A stretch of 64,000 nt of DNA, taken from Eukaryota sp. TZLM1-RC. Lineage: Eukaryota; Protista; Metamonada: BaSk clade. The DNA lies in contig JAUPSS010000007.1 of the NCBI GenBank assembly GCA_040285825.1, positions 2,330,689 through 2,394,688 on the forward strand. The letters run 5' to 3'. Position numbers and translations under genes: made by a program. The notes under the pieces were generated by a model. That model was given only the letters and a program-made list of their open reading frames with translations, searched no databases and was not told the origin of the DNA. Of the stretch, positions 58,051-64,000 are shown one piece after another. How positions within the stretch are numbered: the first letter of the stretch is position 1; every line of letters begins with the position of its first letter.

Positions 58051-58750
58051 AGTTAAACGGTTTTATGTAGAGGAAGGAAGAAAAAGAATAAAAAAAGTTT
58101 TTTTTAAAAAAAGTATTATGATATTGAAGTTAAAATTGCGAAGATTTTTGCTAAATGGCTTGTGGAAAAAGGACATATTTCATGTTCATAATGAATGACA
58201 TTATATTGAACACGTATGTTTCTACCTGGTCAGAACTGGTGATAAAAGTATTGGATCATAATGGGTGTGCATAAATGAGCTAGAAATGATAAAACATGAC
58301 AAAAAATCTTATAGGTGACCATTAAGAGAGATTGTTTCTCGATAAATTGTAATTTTAAGAATATAGTCATAAAAAGGAAAGTGAATGGACGGAAGTAATC
58401 GTACAGGGAATCCATGGAGACAATACATTCTAATGACAAGTGAAATTCATGGCACAAGTTCACCAGACTCAGTCAAAACTTGATGATACACTGAATCAAT
58501 TACACAAACATATTACTACACTTAGAAACACAAAATTTCCACAGTATCAAAAGATGAGAAATTAAAAGCTATTATGTCAATAATCATGAAACTACTGAGA
58601 AGAAGTTGATCACTAATGTACCAAGAAGTACGTCTGAGAACACGAAACAATAGGGATGAATAATGATTGGGATGGAAGATCATCTTGCTGTTGAATTCCT
58701 TTTTTCTGGTACGTTCACTCTGCGATCGAACTTATCAACAGTCTTTTCAC

Positions 58751-59062
58751 ATGTACTACGACTTACTCAATCCTCCCAAGGAAGTTGAAGACCGTAAACA
58801 CAAGATGAAGCGTCTTGTACCTGCCCCTAACTCTTGCTTTTTGGATGTTAGATGTTCCGGATGCCAACAAATGTATGTTTGTCTGCTCAATCAAATCACC
58901 CCAGCACTACTGTCTTCTCCCATGCCACCACTGTTGTCACGTGTGGCGGATGTTCCTCAGTCCTTGCCCAACCTATGGTTTGTTCATGGTCAAATGTTCT
59001 TATTTCAGGGAGGAAAGGCTCGCCTCACTGTCGGCTGCCAATATCGTCCCAAGCCTCAATAA
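58751..59062 (+). CDS. RPS27: 40S ribosomal protein S27 (eS27); introns 58873-58904 and 58978-59008
   Basis: MYYDLLNP..KHKMKRLVPAPNS.FLDVRCSGCQQI|TTVFSHATTVVTCGGCSSVLAQPM|GGKARLT. Confidence 0.96.
   Translation: MYYDLLNPPKEVEDRKHKMKRLVPAPNSCFLDVRCSGCQQMYVCLLNQITPALLSSPMPPLLSRVADVPQSLPNLWFVHGQMFLFQGGKARLTVGCQYRPKPQ
58873..58904 (+). other. Spliceosomal intron, 32 nt
   Basis: GTATGT...AATCACCCCAG; restores ITTVFSHA. Confidence 0.92.
58978..59008 (+). other. Spliceosomal intron, 31 nt
   Basis: GTTTGT...TCTTATTTCAG; restores PxGGKARLT. Confidence 0.92.
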
Positions 59063-59436
59063 TTTTCTTCTTAGCATTACAGATCAGTATAGTCACCCCA
59101 TTGTACGGCTCAAATAACCACTGGGTTCTTGACAGGAAAGTGGTCAAATAAACATATAAATCCCATTATTTTTGTTATTCAATTTGCACAATGGTGATGT
59201 AACTAAGATCCAGTTTTAGGATCTGGTTTGGAAAGTTAAAAATCTAATGGTATTTACAACGTATGTGTTAACATTTGATTTAAATAAATGGTTGGTGTGT
59301 GACAATATAGGGTGCTTACAACTAGCAAGCTGTGAGTATCCAATTCCTAGACAGAACGACTCGAATTGAAATCATTACATCTAATTTATTTATCTTATTT
59401 ATTTCTAGTAATTTCTCCCATATTCCATCTCCACAT

Positions 59437-60069
59437 ATGACTCCTCCATCCACTCTTGATGAAGTTACTACAGGTACAACCATTATGGGCTGTGTTTTTG
59501 ACGGTGGCATCGTACTAGGTGCCGATTCCCGTACCAGCATGGGTTCTTATGTAGCAAACAGAGTCTCTGACAAGATCACTCAAATATCCGACAAGATCCT
59601 GATGTGTAGGTCCGGATCGGCTGCCGATACACAAGCCATTGCCGATTATGTTGCCTACTTTTTAGACAATTATTCTATGGAAACTGGGCAACCACCACTT
59701 GTCAAAATCGCTTCTCACATGGCCCGCAACATTTGTTACGAATACAAGGATCATCTCTCTGCAGCTCTTATTCTAGGGGGTATTGATCAAACTGGACCTT
59801 CAATCTATTCTATTCCCCTAGGCGGTGCCCTTGTGAAACAAAATGTTGCTATAGGTGGCTCAGGATCGAGCTTCATATATGGTTATGTAGATGCCAATTA
59901 CAGAGACAACATGAGCCGAGACGAGGCTGTGGAGTTTGTTAAGCGATCTGTTGCTCTTGCGATGTCACGAGATGGTAGTTCTGGTGGTATTGTCCGTATT
60001 GCTGTGGTTACAGAAGATCATACTGACCGTTTTGTCTACGCTGGTAGAGATTTGCCCCGTTTTCAGTGA
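59437..60069 (+). CDS. PSMB6: 20S proteasome subunit beta1 (PSMB6/PRE3)
   Basis: Propeptide then G|TTIMG, GADSRTS, RVSDKI, CRSGSAADTQ, GGSGS, RDGSSGG; start MTPP at 59437. Confidence 0.95.
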   Translation: MTPPSTLDEVTTGTTIMGCVFDGGIVLGADSRTSMGSYVANRVSDKITQISDKILMCRSGSAADTQAIADYVAYFLDNYSMETGQPPLVKIASHMARNICYEYKDHLSAALILGGIDQTGPSIYSIPLGGALVKQNVAIGGSGSSFIYGYVDANYRDNMSRDEAVEFVKRSVALAMSRDGSSGGIVRIAVVTEDHTDRFVYAGRDLPRFQ

Positions 60070-60794
60070 ATAGCTTGAGACATTTTGTAAACAATAAATC
60101 ATTATGACAGTCATCTATATTAAATGCTTTTGTTTCAATAGAAGTTTTAAACTTATTGACTTAAGGAAACTTTCGAAATTTGAAATACATTCAGTGTTAC
60201 AATCCAATGGCTCTTAATATAATATTTACTCTTGAAACACCCTGAAGAATTGTTCATTTGGTTCTTGCCAATGATGACTTCAAGTTGGTTTGGAATTTAG
60301 GCAAATTGAAGCAATGATGTAATCTAAAGAAAACTAAACCAACATATTCTATACAGTTCAGAAAAAAGAATTGAGCAGCTGTTTAAATAATGACATTTTG
60401 TTTCAACGATTGACAAAATCATTGGATAAAGGTATTAAATAACTGTTTATTAAAGAATTCAACAAAATTTGGTTTTCCTGAACAACTTTTAAATAGTAGT
60501 GCACATACACGGAAATTGCAATAGAATCTCGTAAAATCACCACTAAAAACGTCACTTGACTTTATGACTTGCATTTTACCACAATGGTAACTACAATTTC
60601 AACCTTTTTGGAAAGAACGCCACTACAAATAATCAGTTACAGTCCAAAAGTTCATTATTTGATGGAGTTGTCAGACAGTAACCTTGTGATCAACAACTTA
60701 AAAACAAATTCAAAACTGTTTCTTATACTACAAATAAAATTTTTTACAATTGAAATTTATTTTCAACGCTAACAAAACATTAAACAAAAAAAAC

Positions 60795-61290
60795 TAGAAC
60801 TCAATATCCTCAATACATGCATCAACATCATCAAATCTTTTAAGCGCGCGATTTTCATACTCTAATCCTAATTGTAACAGTGCTTTAGTAACATTTCTGG
60901 AATTGCTTTAAGAATACAAAAAACAATTCTATTGTGCCAGAAACTGAAGTTCAATTCTTTTCCTGCTCTTTCTTTTATTAAACTTCTGAAACCTTCGAGA
61001 AATTTAATGCCAGATATTCCAATGTTACCAAAAAGAGAAACAGCAAATGGAACCAGCTGATACTTGACATGCTCAACACATCCTAGCTGAGATAAGGGTT
61101 CATTGTACTTTTTGATTTTGCTCTTTTCAGCAAAGCAAAGTGGAGTTTCGTCCTTTTTAGCAAAATCAATTGCTGAGTCTTTACAAACATCAACAGTGAC
61201 AACATCAACAACTTTGATCACACCATCAGACCCAGGGGTAATTAAATCAGCACGGCGTTTCCCAAAAGTAGTTTCGTCTCAATTCAAAAT
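60795..61290 (-). mobile_element. RLE retrotransposon 3' fragment
   Basis: RRADL..VVDVVTVDVC..EKSKIKKY..PFAVSLFG; ends IEDIEF. Confidence 0.82.
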
Positions 61291-61699
61291 TGCTTAAACT
61301 TAGAGAAATTCTATTGATGAAAAAAGCAACTTAAGCTATTGAAACATTGCAGTGCCAAATTTTCAATAAATACATACGGATTTAACTCAAGTGGGTGTAG
61401 TAGATGTTAGTCCAAAGTTGGGTATCTTTGTGTGGAAAGTTAATTACCAAAGAACATAAAATCAGCATTTCAGAACTTAATAACCTTAATAGCTATTGAC
61501 AGTGTTTAAAAAAGGATACATGGCTCGACTGTCCTAGAATTATTCCTTTACTATCCGTCCCATTTGAAAGGATTGGGAATTTTGAAATTATAACACCAAT
61601 AATGTGGAAAATTACATGGAATCACCTTCACAAAAATATCAGTAAAACATATTTCAATAATTCAATTTAATCCGCGAGAATTTTATGTCTTCACTTGTT

Positions 61700-62880
61700 G
61701 AAATTGATCCATTAAACATAAAAGAGAAAGCATTTTTAAGTGCAAAACATGGTGAAGCCAGTTCTCAAAAAGCAAGCATAATCGTTAAAGCTGCTTTTAT
61801 TGGTGGAATGAAGAATTTTCATTTTAGTTTTTCCAAATATTTTTTTGCCTTGTGGTTACCATTTGTGAAAAAATCCAATCTTAAAGATTTCTATGACCTT
61901 CAAAACCTAATTAATGATTATTCTCCACATATGTCAATACGACTTTTTCATCAAAATACTTCCTCAAAAACAGTTGAAGCTCGAATATCTGATTTAATAA
62001 CCAAACCTGTAGAAAGTTTACAGAAAAGAATTACTGATATCGAAGAAGAAGTACCTCTGATTGGTTTACTTTTTCAACATTCAGCAAATAAAGAGCTAAA
62101 AAGTTTTTTAATAGAAGTTTTCAGTCATTGTGGTTTTGGTGCTGTTGTTCTGCTATTATTCAACCTCCACGAAAATTTGGGTTTTGGTTAGAAAATAATG
62201 TTTGGAGACTTATTATGAAAATGCATTTAAATGTCCCTGTCAATATTGGTTATAAAAGTTTGAAGTGTGTGAACAGTTTGATACTTTGTACTTTGAATTG
62301 TAACAAACTAGGAAGATTTCGTGATTTCCCCCACAATCTAATGAGAAACAATTTGTGGTCGATGTGCAATTATTCAGGTTTAAGTTCAGAAATTGAAGTA
62401 ATGTTGAAATCATCATGCCAATTTGTTGCCACAAATGACCTTGGATGTAGTTTCTTCGTTTAATAATAATATTGATCTATTCAGTGATGTTAAAAGAGTT
62501 GACCTAACAGATAATACAAATTTTGGCCGTCAAGATGTGATGAAATTATTTAGTCGTAACGAAATAATCAAGCACAATCATTATGATCCTTTGGTACTAA
62601 AACAATCAATAAGTTTCTAAAATCTAAAGGAAAACAAAACTGTGTTATTTTATATTTTCGCAATTTCTTTGAATGGATGATCAGGACCTGAGGCAACCTT
62701 GTTGTTGGATGAATTTAATGATTTCATCATCATTAAAAAACGTCTTTATTTAGGTTGAATTTCAGGATTAATCAAGTTGTCTTCAGTTTGTACAAAGGTC
62801 TTGGTAAAATGGTTGAGGCTGTGGAACTTGCTCTTGCTGAACAAGTGTTCCACAATGTAGGTGGAGATTCCTCTCTTTTT
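61700..62880 (+). mobile_element. Decayed RLE retrotransposon 3' part; paralog of 37735-38880
   Basis: Strong nucleotide similarity to 37735-38880 in inverted orientation. Confidence 0.8.
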
Positions 62881-62899
62881 TTAACTGAAATATTAATTG

Positions 62900-64000
62900 A
62901 GATAAGAAAAATCTATCTAGAATTCAATATCCTCCAAACAAGCGTCACTATTACTAAACCTACTCACAGCATTACGTTCATATTCTACACCAATAGCTAA
63001 AAGTGCCTTTGAAATCATTGTTGGAATAGACTTGAAAATGCAAAAAGCAATTCTATTTAACCAGAAAGTGGAATTCATTGTTTTACCAGACCTATTCAGT
63101 AACACTTTTTTGAAATTTTCGAAAAAGTGCAACCCTGAAGGTCCAATATTGCCAGAAACAGAAATTGCAAACGGCACAAAATGATATTTCACATGTTCTA
63201 CTCTACCTAACTGTGCCAAAGGTTCTTCATATTTTTTTATCTTCTTTTTTTCGGCGTTAGATAACGGAGAATCAGCGGAATACACTAATCGAGCAGCAGA
63301 ATTTTTGCAAACATCAACCGAGACAACATCCACAACATTGAGAACACCATCGATCCCTGGAGCTACTAAATCTGCCCTTCTTTTACCAAAGGAATCATCA
63401 GTTTGATCTGAAGACAGCTTACGTACTAATGGCTCAATAAATGCCTCTATATTGAAACTTTTGCACATGGCATATAATTGATCACGAACTGAGTCATGAA
63501 CAATTGAGCGATAAGTTATGAAATACTTACAGTTTAAAATATGGGAAAGCGTAACAACACTCTTGCAGCGACAAATTAAATCATTTGGTAAAGAACAAGG
63601 CCATAGAAAACATCTCATTCTCATTGCAGTGGTTCATTGGTGATCATTAAGTAGAAGGCCATAAATGTTGGGAATTTGGGAGATTAGGCAATTTGAGCAA
63701 CTGTATTCAAGATCAACCAAAAAGTATGAAAAAACGGGATTTTTTTCTTTAACCATGCTAAGACGTACAATATAATCCAAGTTTTCTAAAACTTTCAAGA
63801 TTTTTTTCTGCAATTTTGCAAAAGTCAGTGGTAAGGAGAGCAAGCTTCTTGGAGGAAGTTCCACAATATCAGAGGGGAAACATTTAGACCAAATATTGGG
63901 TGAAAGAGTTTCAATTTTCTGTTGCAAAGAAATAAGATAAGAGCTGCCACAATTTTCAATGAGATCAATTTTTTCAGGAAAACGATTCACAAATTCATAA
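62900..64000 (-). mobile_element. RLE retrotransposon 3' part, runs off the window end
   Basis: MRMRCFLWP..CRCK..HDSVRDQ..RRADL..; near-identical to 50880-51610. Confidence 0.88.

Overview
Compact, AT-rich eukaryotic DNA from a flagellated protist (axonemal dynein, OFD1-like centriole protein). The tiny 26-32 nt spliceosomal introns and gene content suggest an anaerobic metamonad-like organism, but that is inference. Host genes: permuted NlpC/P60 amidase, kinesin ending in a CaaX box, NifS/SCLY-type PLP enzyme, OFD1-like protein, a coiled-coil/acidic protein, a TKL-type kinase fused to a multi-TM receptor-like region, two near-identical inverted SLC12 cotransporter copies, the C-terminal half of an outer-arm beta-type dynein heavy chain, tRNA-Met, DDI1, U2AF1, nitroreductase, RPS27 and proteasome beta1. 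Intergenic space is filled with decayed CRE-like (RT + restriction-like endonuclease) non-LTR retrotransposons, one non-autonomous hAT-type element with intact TIRs and an 8-bp TSD, and four Fanzor (eukaryotic TnpB-like) remnants. Main observation: all three Fanzor elements that retain their 3' end, from two divergent families, finish in CAATATCT-N6 directly followed by the ATG start codon of a different host gene. This suggests an RNA-guided element family that inserts at start codons and whose guide would be the host gene's first codons. Second: the dynein heavy chain starts inside AAA2 behind a novel helical leader (split dynein).
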